From Oscillospiraceae bacterium (lineage in GTDB: Bacteria; Bacillota; Clostridia; Oscillospirales; Acutalibacteraceae), in NCBI GenBank assembly GCA_031265995.1, contig JAISBW010000025.1:9264-73263 (forward strand): DNA of 64,000 nucleotides, given 5' to 3'. Shown one piece after another: positions 30,239 to 40,204 of the stretch. The notes below the pieces were generated by a model that did no database searches, had not been told where the DNA came from, and saw only the letters and a list, made by a program, of their open reading frames with translations. The position numbers and the translations under genes were made by a program. How positions within the stretch are numbered: the stretch's first letter is position 1; each line of letters opens with the position of its first letter.

Positions 30239-31225
30239 ATGTTGGGTTCAAAATTTAATTTCTTTAACAAATCTTTAGCAATGTTGCTTTCGATTGTAAT
30301 TAATGGTTCGGTAATTACTCAAATCGCATATTGTGAAGTTGATAAATCATCAGGAATTAAAGAACGGGCAAAAAGCTGGATAAGTGGAGAAATTAAGCGT
30401 ATAGCTATTGGAACAGTTGCAACTGTTGCACTAACAGGCTTAGCAATTGTTCTTGAAAATGAGTCAAGAAAATATAGAGTAGAACAATATGCCAGCGAAT
30501 TAAGAAAAACTTTCAATGTTGTCGATAACGTATTTACAAAAAAGCAGGAAGGTGTAGGTTGGTGTTGGATAGCGTGTTTACAAGGAATGTACAAACATAA
30601 AGGTATTGAATTATCTCAAGAACATATTTTTAGGGCAATATTTAATAGAAACCCAGAGTATCTTGAATCACGCAGAACAGAAAAGTTAATCATTGGCACT
30701 ACAGCACCAAATCATCTTGTAAGGTCAATAAATTCTTTAAATACAAATTACGAATATAATAAAGCAATAATTCATATTAATGGTCGCCGAGACGAAACTG
30801 CGATAAAAAATAGTATATTAGATTACTACAATTTAATAGGTAGAACAGTGTTCGCTATCATTGATAGCTTTACTGGGAGTTTTGCGGTTAATGATATAAT
30901 TGTTGTGCACTTTGTAAATGTTACAAATATTTCAGAAGACGCTATTACATTAGAAGATCCCCAGACTGGTTTGTCGCGTACAGAAAAATTGCAAGACTTC
31001 TGCCAACGTTACTATACCAGTGGTATAATAGGTAGTGCACCAATGATTGAGATGTATAGTGTGACGGCCTCAGGACTTAATTTGGCAACCGAAACCCACT
31101 ATGTTTGTGATTCTGGCGAAGATACTGGCTTTCACAAATTTTCGGTCTGTAATTCAGGTTTTATTCAACCACAGACACTTCTTACAGCTCTTGCATCAGC
31201 CAGTGTTCGGGGGAGTAAGAAATAA
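30239..31225 (+). CDS. Membrane-anchored papain-fold (C39-like) cysteine peptidase candidate
   Basis: Signal peptide plus a second TM segment, then KKQEGVGWCWIACLQGMY (a Gln ... Cys motif as in C39-like peptidases) and a downstream IIVVHFVNV His. Confidence 0.45.
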   Translation: MLGSKFNFFNKSLAMLLSIVINGSVITQIAYCEVDKSSGIKERAKSWISGEIKRIAIGTVATVALTGLAIVLENESRKYRVEQYASELRKTFNVVDNVFTKKQEGVGWCWIACLQGMYKHKGIELSQEHIFRAIFNRNPEYLESRRTEKLIIGTTAPNHLVRSINSLNTNYEYNKAIIHINGRRDETAIKNSILDYYNLIGRTVFAIIDSFTGSFAVNDIIVVHFVNVTNISEDAITLEDPQTGLSRTEKLQDFCQRYYTSGIIGSAPMIEMYSVTASGLNLATETHYVCDSGEDTGFHKFSVCNSGFIQPQTLLTALASASVRGSKK

Positions 31226-31370
31226 GCTCAACTTATTTCCTGCGAAATGAGAACCTCAAAGCGCCACTTAAGAGCGGAACTTTGTTCATAGAAACAAAAC
31301 TAAATAAACAAATTGAAGCACAAATTGAACTGGCGGCTCTTTTAAAAAAATTCATCTAAAAACTTCTTAT

Positions 31371-32351
31371 CTACATCGAAATTTCTAAAGCTTTTTTGTA
31401 AAGCCCAAGATTGAATTCTTCTTTAGAATTTATTGCAGTCGAGATATCAACTGAAGAGATTTTGTTATTTTTTGTTATTATAACTTTGTTCCCTATACCA
31501 CTGAAAAGAAGTTCAACGGCATAGCATCCCATCTCGCTTGCAATTATTCGATCAAAAGCAGTTGGCGGGCCTCCGCGTTGAACATGACCTAAAATTGTGG
31601 CGCGCGATTCTATTTTTGTCCTTTTTGTAATTTCTGATGTAATTTTACTTGCAATTTTTAATCCCTCGGCAACAATAATTATAAAATGTTTTTTACCCAT
31701 TTTTTGTGAAAAAAATATTCTTTCAATAATATCCTTTTCAAAATCAAAATCGCATTCAGGTATCAAAATAGATGTTGCCCCAACGGCAATTCCCACGTGC
31801 AGAGCAATATTTCCGCATTTTCTGCCCATGACTTCAACCACACTGCATCTGTCATGAGATTGTGCTGTATCTCGAATTTTATCAATCATAAACATTGCGG
31901 TATTTACTGCCGTATCAAATCCAATCGAATTTTCGCTGCAAGCGATGTCATTGTCAATTGTTCCCGGCAAACATACACATCTTATGCCTTTTTCAGAAAG
32001 CTTATGAGCGGCCTTGGCGGAACCATCCCCGCCGATAACAATAACACCGTCAATCTTCATATCTCGGCAAGCCTTGGCAGCTTTTAGAATTCCTTCTTCA
32101 GTTAAAAGTTCAGGGCTTCTTGCGGTGTAAAGAATCGTTCCGCCGCGTTCAATAATGTCCGATACCGTTTGAATGCTCATTTCGAAAACATCTCGGCTGA
32201 CAATTCCGCTGTAACCCCTCATTACACCTAAAGGTCGAATTCCTTTTGATATGGAAGAACGAACGACAGCACGAATTGCCGCATTCATCCCCGGAGCATC
32301 CCCGCCGCTTGTTAACACTGCAACAGTTTTGCATTTCATATCTAATCCCAC
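31371..32351 (-). CDS. pfkA: ATP-dependent 6-phosphofructokinase
   Basis: VLTSGGDAPGMNAAIRAVVR, IGGDGS, PGTIDND and MGR motifs. 326 aa. Confidence 0.9.
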   Translation of the reverse strand: MGLDMKCKTVAVLTSGGDAPGMNAAIRAVVRSSISKGIRPLGVMRGYSGIVSRDVFEMSIQTVSDIIERGGTILYTARSPELLTEEGILKAAKACRDMKIDGVIVIGGDGSAKAAHKLSEKGIRCVCLPGTIDNDIACSENSIGFDTAVNTAMFMIDKIRDTAQSHDRCSVVEVMGRKCGNIALHVGIAVGATSILIPECDFDFEKDIIERIFFSQKMGKKHFIIIVAEGLKIASKITSEITKRTKIESRATILGHVQRGGPPTAFDRIIASEMGCYAVELLFSGIGNKVIITKNNKISSVDISTAINSKEEFNLGLYKKALEISM

Positions 32352-32389
32352 TTGTTTATTTCTGCCAAATTTATCAATTTTAAAACTTA

Positions 32390-32550
32390 GAACCTGTATT
32401 CAAAAGAATTAAAATACCTAATTTTCAATAATTTTTTTCAAAATTTTGTTAAAAATACTTAGAATATATAAAGTATTCATTGTGTTTTTTTCCTCATTTT
32501 GAAGAAAAATTCTTCAAAAATTTGGAATTTTCCCTTTTGAATACAGGTTC
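32390..32550. mobile_element. Family-A MITE, full length
   Basis: Canonical termini with TTA direct repeats at 32387-32389 and 32551-32553. Confidence 0.9.
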
Positions 32551-32698
32551 TTACGTTCGAAAAATTTTAAATTTTCACGATTTTGTTTGGAAATTTAAAA
32601 AACTGCCCAAGAATTGCTATCACTTTATCACGAAATGAAATATTTTACAATTGATTTGTTTTTCAAATTAGGGGTGAAAAATCGTAACCTTGAACTTA

Positions 32699-32895
32699 GA
32701 ACCTGTATTCAAAAGAATCAAAATACCTAATTTACAATAAATTTTTTTCAAAATTATGTCAAAAATGCTCAGAATACGTAAAGTATTCACTGCGATTTTT
32801 TCCTCATTTTGAAGAAAAATTCTTCAAAAATTTGGAATAGGTTTTTTAGAATACCAGTTTTGAAGAAAATTTTGAATAATTTTTGTTGAGAACTA
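32699..32895. repeat. Family-A MITE truncated at its right end and fused to a family-C fragment
   Basis: TTA then GAACCTGTATTCAAAAGAATC ... aaatttggaat, then cagttttgaagaaaattttgaataatttttgttgagaac (a family-C arm). Confidence 0.7.
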
Positions 32896-32916
32896 ATGTT
32901 TATAGGTTTCAAACAT

Positions 32917-33414
32917 TCAACTTTGCGAACCTTTGCGAATCAAAGAAACAGCATGAGCAGCTATTCCGCTACCGTTGCCAGTAAATCCCAAATTTTCTTC
33001 CGTTTTAGCTTTTACGCTTACTTTTTCTTCTTCAATTTTGCAAACCTTCGCTATATTTTTTCTCATGTTTGGTATAAAAGGACTTAATTTAGGCTTTTGT
33101 GCTAAAATTATACTATCAATATTAACTATAACATAATTTTTTCTAAAAACAACATCGATCACTTTGTTTAATAAACATAAACTATTGGAATTTTTGTAAT
33201 TCTGATTAGAATCAGGAAAAAACGTCCCGATATCCCCTAAAGCGGTTGCTCCTAGAATTGAGTCGATTATCGCGTGGATAAGGACGTCGGCATCAGAATG
33301 ACCCAAAAGTCCTGTTCCGTTCGCAATCTTAATTCCGCCGAGAATAAGATTCCTTCCTTTAACAAGTCTATGTACGTCGTAACCATGACCAATTCTAAAA
33401 TTATCAAATGGCAA
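32917..33414 (-). CDS. ispF: 2-C-methyl-D-erythritol 2,4-cyclodiphosphate synthase
   Basis: RIGHGYDVHRL and GHSDADVLIHAIIDSILGA are canonical IspF metal-binding motifs. 165 aa. Confidence 0.9.
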   Translation of the reverse strand: MPFDNFRIGHGYDVHRLVKGRNLILGGIKIANGTGLLGHSDADVLIHAIIDSILGATALGDIGTFFPDSNQNYKNSNSLCLLNKVIDVVFRKNYVIVNIDSIILAQKPKLSPFIPNMRKNIAKVCKIEEEKVSVKAKTEENLGFTGNGSGIAAHAVSLIRKGSQS

Positions 33415-33434
33415 GATTCTTACCCAAATTCTTA

Positions 33435-33594
33435 GAATCTATATTCAAAACGGTAAATTTCAAACTTTCGAAGAATTTTTCTTTAAAATGAGGAAAAAAA
33501 CACAACGAATGCTTTATGTATTCTAAGCATTTTTGACAAAATTTTGAAAAAATTATTGAAAATTAGATATTCTGATCCTTTTGAAGACAGGTTC
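33435..33594. mobile_element. Family-A MITE between tatD and ispF
   Basis: GAATCTATATTCAAAACGG...CCTTTTGAAGACAGGTTC with TTA repeats at 33432-33434 and 33595-33597. The right-hand repeat is the TAA stop codon of tatD on the minus strand. Confidence 0.85.
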
Positions 33595-34359
33595 TTAGGT
33601 TAAAGACATATCAAAAAGACTAAAAGCATTGTTTTTTGTTATTTCGAAAATCAAACCCAAAGGCATATCTTTGATCTCGGCAAGCTTTGCACCAGTATAT
33701 TTTATATACGAAGAATCACAGCGACCTCCTCGCACAGGAACAGGCGCAAGGTAAGGCGCATCCGTCTCCAAGAGAATTTTTTCAATAGGTATTTTTTTTA
33801 TTGTTTCTGCTAATTTCTTTGAATTCTTAAACGTCAAGACTCCGCCAACTCCAATTCTAAACCCTATACCAAAAAGCGTCTCGGCAAACTCTAAGTCTCC
33901 CGAAAAACAGTGAACAACACCCCTTGGTCTTGTTTTTTTCAAAATCTCAATCATATCTAAAGAAGCATCTCGGGAATGAACAATTATCGGCAAATCAAAA
34001 TCTTTAGCTAAACTAATCTGTTCTAGAAAAACCTTTTTTTGTAATTCGGCATCGGCAAAATTTCTGCTATAATCTAAACCGATTTCTCCAACGGCCACTA
34101 CCTCTTTATTTTCGATAAGCTTTCCTAAGTCAGACAGAAAATCACTTGAAAGATCGGAAACATTTTGAGGGTGAACTCCAACTGATGCAAAAACAAAACT
34201 GTAATCTCTTGCAATCTCTAAACACTTTAGGCTACTTTTGGGATCAGACCCGACATTAAGCACCCCGCTTACGTTTTTAGACGGAAGAGAATCTAAGAGT
34301 TCGCATCTATCCTCATCAAACGCCGAATCGTCATAATGGGCGTGAGAATCAAAAATCAT
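33595..34359 (-). CDS. tatD: TatD-family metal-dependent DNase/hydrolase
   Basis: FDSHAHYDD, VAVGEIGLDY, IVHSRDA, VVHCFSG and ETDAPYL are the TatD/YabD motif series. Confidence 0.85.
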   Translation of the reverse strand: MIFDSHAHYDDSAFDEDRCELLDSLPSKNVSGVLNVGSDPKSSLKCLEIARDYSFVFASVGVHPQNVSDLSSDFLSDLGKLIENKEVVAVGEIGLDYSRNFADAELQKKVFLEQISLAKDFDLPIIVHSRDASLDMIEILKKTRPRGVVHCFSGDLEFAETLFGIGFRIGVGGVLTFKNSKKLAETIKKIPIEKILLETDAPYLAPVPVRGGRCDSSYIKYTGAKLAEIKDMPLGLIFEITKNNAFSLFDMSLT

Positions 34360-34367
34360 ACTTCCTC

Positions 34368-34847
34368 TTAACTATCGAGTGTACTTTCTAAATCATCTTC
34401 GGAGTCACATACCTTGGAGTCGCAATCTGATTTCTTTCTGTTTTTATAATCTTGAGGATCATTATTTAACCGTGCACCACAAGCCCTACAATAATATGAA
34501 TCTTTATCGACTTTTTCCTTGCAAACTCCACATGTGGCTTTTCTTTTAAGTTCATCGATTTCACGCTTTACGTCCTCTATTTTTTTGCCCAAAGCATCAA
34601 TTTCAGAAACACAGCTCTCGATATCAACACTATCGATATTTCCTCTTTTTTTAGCGTGATAAATAGTGCGCCCTAAATTTTCAAACTCACGCCGTCTTTC
34701 GCCTTCACATTCAGCAACAACAATTTTCAACTTTGAAATCCCGACCAATTGACCCGCTTTATCACTCACTATTCCTAAAGCTGTTTTTGTTTTAACATAA
34801 ATCTCTTCGAAAATTCCCATAAAACTCACCCCAAAAAAATTAATCAC
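34368..34847 (-). CDS. Zinc-ribbon / coiled-coil hypothetical protein
   Basis: 159 aa with CGVCKEKV...YYCRACGARL (a CxxC...CxxC zinc ribbon) after a coiled-coil region. The stop is 9 nt from the tatD start. Confidence 0.5.
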   Translation of the reverse strand: MINFFGVSFMGIFEEIYVKTKTALGIVSDKAGQLVGISKLKIVVAECEGERRREFENLGRTIYHAKKRGNIDSVDIESCVSEIDALGKKIEDVKREIDELKRKATCGVCKEKVDKDSYYCRACGARLNNDPQDYKNRKKSDCDSKVCDSEDDLESTLDS

Positions 34848-34962
34848 AAAAACCCTACTTTGACTATTGTATCAGAAAATTTTAATAGGTGTCAAATCAA
34901 AAAAAATCATAAAATTTTTGTTATCATACAATTTCAATTTTGAACTATTAAGCGAATTCTAA

Positions 34963-35124
34963 GAACCTGTATTCAAAAGAGCAAATTCCAAATTTTTGAA
35001 GAATTTTTCTTCAGCAATGATAAAAAAAGCACAATGAATACTTTATGTATTCTGAGAATTTTTGACAAAATTTTGAAAAAAATTATTGAAAATTAGGTAT
35101 TTTGATCCCTTTGAATACAGGTTC
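34963..35124. mobile_element. Family-A MITE, full length
   Basis: Canonical termini. The flanks are TAA (34960-34962) and TTA (35125-35127), so they are not identical here. Confidence 0.85.
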
Positions 35125-35255
35125 TTACTCTTCCCATTTTTAAAACCTCCAAAATTTTAGTGTATCTTTACTCTACACCTTTTAGGAGGTTTACACTGAA
35201 TTGGGGGTAAAATTCTATATTTTTTAAACCATTTCCACCTACAGGCATCTGGGCC

Positions 35256-36320
35256 CTAATCGGAGGGAAACATTTTTTTAAATATTCTTATATACATTCT
35301 GGAATTTTCAAAGTTTATATCTTTAAAACTACTTAAGTTCGTGCCATCGTTAATACGTCCTATCTTTGTTTCATAGATGTATGCGTTTGCTGCTGCACAT
35401 AAACTTTTCCAAAAGAATTCATTCCTATCGTCTTGTTGTTCGGGAGATCTTGATATAATTTGGTCCCATGCTGGAATAGCATATAAAATACCAAAAGAAT
35501 CTACTAGACCTAACGCTATTATGTTTGCTAAGCGACTTTCAGACAGTGAATTATGTTCGTGCTTAATTTTATCAAATATCCACAACATTGAAGTGGCTAT
35601 TTTTTGATACACAAAAAAAGCTTTTGCTTCTTTTTCTTCCGTCAGCATGCCGTTTGAATCAGCAAACGCATACACCATAAGTGCGGCAAAAACATTAAGC
35701 CCTTGCCGGTACTCAAATTTCCCTAACCCTGCCAACAATATTCTCTCGAATGCTTTAGATCCTTCGTTAACTTCGCTCAGGTATCGTTGCGTGTCCTCGC
35801 CGATTCTTTTCAGGTCTTCCATTATTTGTGTAAATTGACTTCCATATTTTGATTTGATATCTTCGAGCAGTTGGAATTCGGTATTGTAATTAGTTAAATC
35901 TTCTCGAGTACCACCCAATTTAGTAAACCAAATATCTGCGCGGTTGCTGGGTTTGGTTTTTATGTCTATCTCAAGTTGCTTGGCTTTTGCATCGTCTATC
36001 TCAAGTTGCTTGGCTTCTGTGTTCAGCTTTAACTGCCATACTAACATACCTGCTGTTAATGTTACTGCTACCCCTGTTCCTACTATCTTCAACACTTTAG
36101 CTAAAACGTCTGACTCTGAATTGACTATTTTTTCCCTCTTTCGGTCTAGATGATCAATCGTTAATTTAACAGCCGTGCTTGCACCACCGCTAAAACCAAT
36201 CAAAGCCGCCGTGAGAGTTGCTAAAAAAAAATCAAACTTTTCGCCTGTGGCTTTTCCCAGATTGTTTTGGCCAAAATTTCGTCTATTTCTAAAAAAATAC
36301 CTTTTCATGGATTTATTCAC
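35256..36320 (-). CDS. Hypothetical protein: N-terminal 2-TM hairpin plus helical domain
   Basis: 354 aa with two hydrophobic segments near the N-terminus and an internal 30-bp tandem duplication encoding AKQLEID twice. No family motif recognised. G+C is elevated. Confidence 0.55.
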   Translation of the reverse strand: MNKSMKRYFFRNRRNFGQNNLGKATGEKFDFFLATLTAALIGFSGGASTAVKLTIDHLDRKREKIVNSESDVLAKVLKIVGTGVAVTLTAGMLVWQLKLNTEAKQLEIDDAKAKQLEIDIKTKPSNRADIWFTKLGGTREDLTNYNTEFQLLEDIKSKYGSQFTQIMEDLKRIGEDTQRYLSEVNEGSKAFERILLAGLGKFEYRQGLNVFAALMVYAFADSNGMLTEEKEAKAFFVYQKIATSMLWIFDKIKHEHNSLSESRLANIIALGLVDSFGILYAIPAWDQIISRSPEQQDDRNEFFWKSLCAAANAYIYETKIGRINDGTNLSSFKDINFENSRMYIRIFKKMFPSD

Positions 36321-36421
36321 CTAGTTTTTAAATCTATTTTTATTTGACGTAAAGTGCCCTGATACTAGATAACGCCTAGTTTCACCGAAAAAAATTATAT
36401 TTATGATATCGCTGATAAATT

Positions 36422-37372
36422 TTAATTTTGATTTTGAAACATGGATAACCAAGTTTGCAATGCCTTAGAGTAGTCAACTTTGTCTACTCCGTCTAGTTCG
36501 TTTAACTTGTTGAGAGCTATTGGCCCTACGCGTTGAATCCATTCGAACAAACTTTTATTTTCTAATTCACTTATTTTTTTTACTAAGAAATCAAAATTTC
36601 CTATTTTTTCAGGTGTTATTGCCATTTTATGTATTAATTGTATTGATTGCCTTAATGACACTAATGATTGTACTTCGAATGCTCCAAGTGTAAATACTAA
36701 TGAATTAAAATTTTTCGTTTCCTCTTGTGTTATTCCCTCAAATGATAAAAGTTTTGTTATTGATAATTCTTCTTTTTCAAATCTTCCTATATCTTCTGAA
36801 GTAAATTGGCATTCTATTTTGAATAATTCAACTAAATAAAACAAAATATCTCTGTTTAGTTGGTTTATTAGTCCAGTTATATCTTCATCAGAATTTAATC
36901 GTAATAACTTTTCCTGAATTGAAAAAACTTCGAGAAACTGGTCTATTTCCAAATGATCAAACCTTGTAAAATAAGGTATACGCAAAAGCAACGCCATTAG
37001 CATTCTGTCTAATTCGCTTAAAGGATTTTTATTTCCAATTTCTAAATACATTTTTGTTAATTTTAAATTGTTATCCAGAATTAATTTATATCCTGATTTT
37101 ACATAAAGAATACGTCCGCCAATTATAACTGGTATAGAAAATAATGCTATCTTACCAAATACCTTTACTGGCTTAGGTGTCTTCGCCCAGTACCCACCCA
37201 ATTTCTTCTTTACTGCTTGCCAAGTGGATTCTTTTGTAATACTTCGAAAATCAGTGATGGGCGAACTTGCACCCGCCATTGTTCCTGTAAGTGCAAGCAT
37301 TGCTGCTATTCCTGCGCTTGCAAGCTTTTTTACAGCATTTGTCATTTGGCTTTCGAATTTTTCAATGTTCAT
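36422..37372 (-). CDS. Hypothetical protein: N-terminal 2-TM hairpin plus helical domain
   Basis: 316 aa with the same architecture as the downstream neighbour (two TM segments, then an all-helical-looking C-terminal domain). No family motif recognised. Confidence 0.5.
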   Translation of the reverse strand: MNIEKFESQMTNAVKKLASAGIAAMLALTGTMAGASSPITDFRSITKESTWQAVKKKLGGYWAKTPKPVKVFGKIALFSIPVIIGGRILYVKSGYKLILDNNLKLTKMYLEIGNKNPLSELDRMLMALLLRIPYFTRFDHLEIDQFLEVFSIQEKLLRLNSDEDITGLINQLNRDILFYLVELFKIECQFTSEDIGRFEKEELSITKLLSFEGITQEETKNFNSLVFTLGAFEVQSLVSLRQSIQLIHKMAITPEKIGNFDFLVKKISELENKSLFEWIQRVGPIALNKLNELDGVDKVDYSKALQTWLSMFQNQN

Positions 37373-37713
37373 AGCACCACCCCATTCATCAAAAATAGAA
37401 ACAAAAGTTTCGTTTTTAAATTTTCTTATTTGATTATATAATGTTTTTCTAGAAATTGCAAATTGTTGAAAATTGTAATTTTAAAATAATAAGACAAAAT
37501 TTAGTTTTAATTTTCACGTGTCGAGTTTAAATTTCTCAAAACTTGACTTTTTCAAAAACCTTAACCCGATCTTTAAAACTATTTTTACATCCGAAACTCC
37601 TCAGTCAAAAGCAGTGCTAAAAGATTTTCTAAGCGCTTTTACAGAGCAAAGTGCTATATGCGCTATATAAAGTAAATTTGTTAAAATAATTATTATTTTT
37701 TAAAAAATAAATC

Positions 37714-37742
37714 TTGACAATTTAAATAAAAAATTGTAAAAT
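37714..37742 (+). promoter_or_regulatory. Candidate sigma-A promoter
   Basis: TTGACA (37714-37719), a 17-nt spacer, then TAAAAT (37737-37742). It is about 38 nt upstream of GTG 37780. Confidence 0.45.
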
Positions 37743-37779
37743 AAAGATAGTGACATATTTTGTGCAATGGGGGTAAAAC

Positions 37780-39244
37780 GTGAAAAATTCATTATTTAAA
37801 AAATTCATCTTAAACACCATGTCTGCTCTTGTTTTATTTCCGACAATGAACACTCGCGTAGCTGCTGATCCTATAGAGGTCACTGTTCGGGTTGGATTTG
37901 TCGGTAAGTCAGGGGGTTGGCAAAACAATGATTATCAATAGTATGTATAGTAGGGACGATGCGAAACATAAAGAGTATACATCACCTAACTCGAAAGCTC
38001 ATTCCATGGTCCTAGAAAATGAGGATGGAATTAAAACCAGAGCTTTGTACACTGAGGACTTAAGCGGGCGGGAAAAACAGGAGGACGTTACTACTCATTG
38101 TCTTCGCAATTGTTCACTAGCCGTAATGACCGCTGATTTAAGAAGAGAAAGCGTTGAAGAATTTTCACAATGGTTTCCAATACGAACAAAAGAATGCCCT
38201 GGAGCAAAAATTGTTTTTGTGATAAATGGGCATGCGCCGTCTTCTTGTAACGCTAGTGAAAGATTTAATTCCGCAGTAGAAGCGGAGGATAGACTCAAAG
38301 AATTGTGTGAAAATATAGATCTTGGAGAATTTAATATTTACTGTGCCGATCTGTCAAAAGGAGACGAACTTACCGAACTGGTGAATAGACTAACTGGTCT
38401 GGCTTTGCAGTGTGCAAGAGAAAAAGAAGAAAAAATGAAAGAAGAGGAAGAAAAAAGGAAAGAAAGAGAAGAAAAAAGGAGAGAAGAGAAAGAAAGAGCA
38501 GCGGTTGCTAAATTAAATGCCGCCCATCTTACTGCTGTGATTTTTGGCGAGCCAGGGGTTGGGAAAACATCAATTTCAAAGATATGGCTTGGTGAAACCA
38601 TAAATCTTGGTGAAACCATAAATTTGGAAAGGGCAAATTTTGGTACTTCGTTGGAACGTGGATTCATAAAAAAACATGGAGATGTGATATCACTAATTCT
38701 TTACCTAGAACCAACTACGTCATCAGCCACAATTAATTTTGGAAGTCGTATCTTACCAATTGTAATGGTCTCTGACTTAAGACGAAAAAGCGTTGAATCC
38801 GAGGCATTTGCGCAATGCCTTCGAAGACTAAGAAGAAAATACCCTGAAGCAAAAATTGTTTTTGTGGTAAATCAACATGCGCCGTCTTCTTGTAACACTA
38901 GTGAGAAATTTGATTCCGTAGAAGAAGCGGAGAATAAACTCAGAGAATTGTATGAAAATGAGCGTAGTAGAAGACTTAATATTTGCCATGCCGATCTGTC
39001 AAAAGAAGATGAACGCACCAAACTGGCGGATAGATTAATTGATCTTGCTTTCAAGTGTGTGGAAGAGGGTAAATTACTGGGCGACGTACCTAAATCTAGG
39101 TATAATATCTTTGGAATATTGCCTTTCGCCATATTGCCGGTAGGCGGTTGGTATTGTTTTAAGTTCAGAAGAAAATCAATTGATAAGCAAATAAGTGCAC
39201 AGCCCGACCAGGAACCGAAAGAAAATGAAAATCAGATTGCTTGA
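37780..39244 (+). pseudogene. Tandem Ras-superfamily-like GTPase protein with C-terminal TM anchor, interrupted by a frameshift in a G5 run
   Basis: GTG 37780 (GGGGG SD) encodes a hydrophobic leader, then VRVGFVGKSG, and terminates at 37940. ORF 37892..39244 continues with VGKTMIINSMY in another frame. Removing one G from G5 (37912-37916) restores the P-loop GKSGVGKT. Domain 1 has DLSG (DxxG). A second P-loop, GEPGVGKT, follows a KE-rich linker. A TM segment lies near the C-terminus. Confidence 0.55.
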
Positions 39245-39402
39245 ATAATTCATATTATGTTATACTGTCCGCACGGGTGTTCTCCTTTGGTTAGTTTTTT
39301 CGTATTTTAACTTCACCGAACGAGGTCCGTTGTTATCTTGTTTTCTGTAGTGTATGCACTTGAGAATCTTAATTAAATTGCAAAATAATAGGGAGAATTT
39401 AG

Positions 39403-40134
39403 GTGTCCGGCCATTCAAGATGGAGCACAATAAAAAGAAAAAAAGAAAAAAGTGATGCCAATAAAGGCAAAGTTTTTACTAAAATTGGGCGTGAGCTTGC
39501 AGTTGCGGTGAAGGAGGGCGGTTCTGACGCCGGTGTTAATTCCCGTTTGCGCGAGTGTATTTTAAAAGCCAAAGCGTATAATGTTCCGAACGAAAATATA
39601 GAAAGAATCATAAAAAAAGCGTCCGGTTCGGATTCGGATGAAAATTATGAAAGTTTTATATACGAAGGCTACGGTCCGGCGGGAAGCGCTTTTATGGTTG
39701 ATATTTTAACGGAAAACCGAAACCGTACGTCAGCAAGCATAAGGAAGTATTTTAACAAAAACGGGGGAAATTTAGGAACATCTGGGTGTGTTTCTTTTAT
39801 GTTCAGACAAAAAGGTGTAGCTATTATAAAGAAAAATGAAAATTATAAAGAAGAAAAAGTTATGGAAGACGCAATTTTATCTGGTGCTGAAGATTTTGAA
39901 TCTGAAAAAGATTGTTTTATAATTATTTCGGAGAAAAGTGGTTGTGAATCAGTGAAAAGAAATCTTTTGGAATTAAACTATGAGTTTTTATCAACTGAAA
40001 TAGCTATGATTCCAGATTCTTACATAAAAATTACTGATTACGATTTAAAACTTAAAGCCAAGAATTTGATAGACGCACTCGAAGACGATGATGATGTGCA
40101 AAATGTTTGGCATAACTGTGAGTTTGATGATTAA
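39403..40134 (+). CDS. yebC: YebC/PmpR-family transcriptional regulator
   Basis: MSGHSRWSTIKRKK... is the invariant YebC N-terminus. 243 aa, GTG start. Confidence 0.9.
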   Translation: MSGHSRWSTIKRKKEKSDANKGKVFTKIGRELAVAVKEGGSDAGVNSRLRECILKAKAYNVPNENIERIIKKASGSDSDENYESFIYEGYGPAGSAFMVDILTENRNRTSASIRKYFNKNGGNLGTSGCVSFMFRQKGVAIIKKNENYKEEKVMEDAILSGAEDFESEKDCFIIISEKSGCESVKRNLLELNYEFLSTEIAMIPDSYIKITDYDLKLKAKNLIDALEDDDDVQNVWHNCEFDD

Positions 40135-40204
40135 AGGCGTGATTTAGCCTGTGTTTTATATTGTGGTGAACACGTTGAGTAAATTTTGTTTTTAGGTAAA
40201 TATT

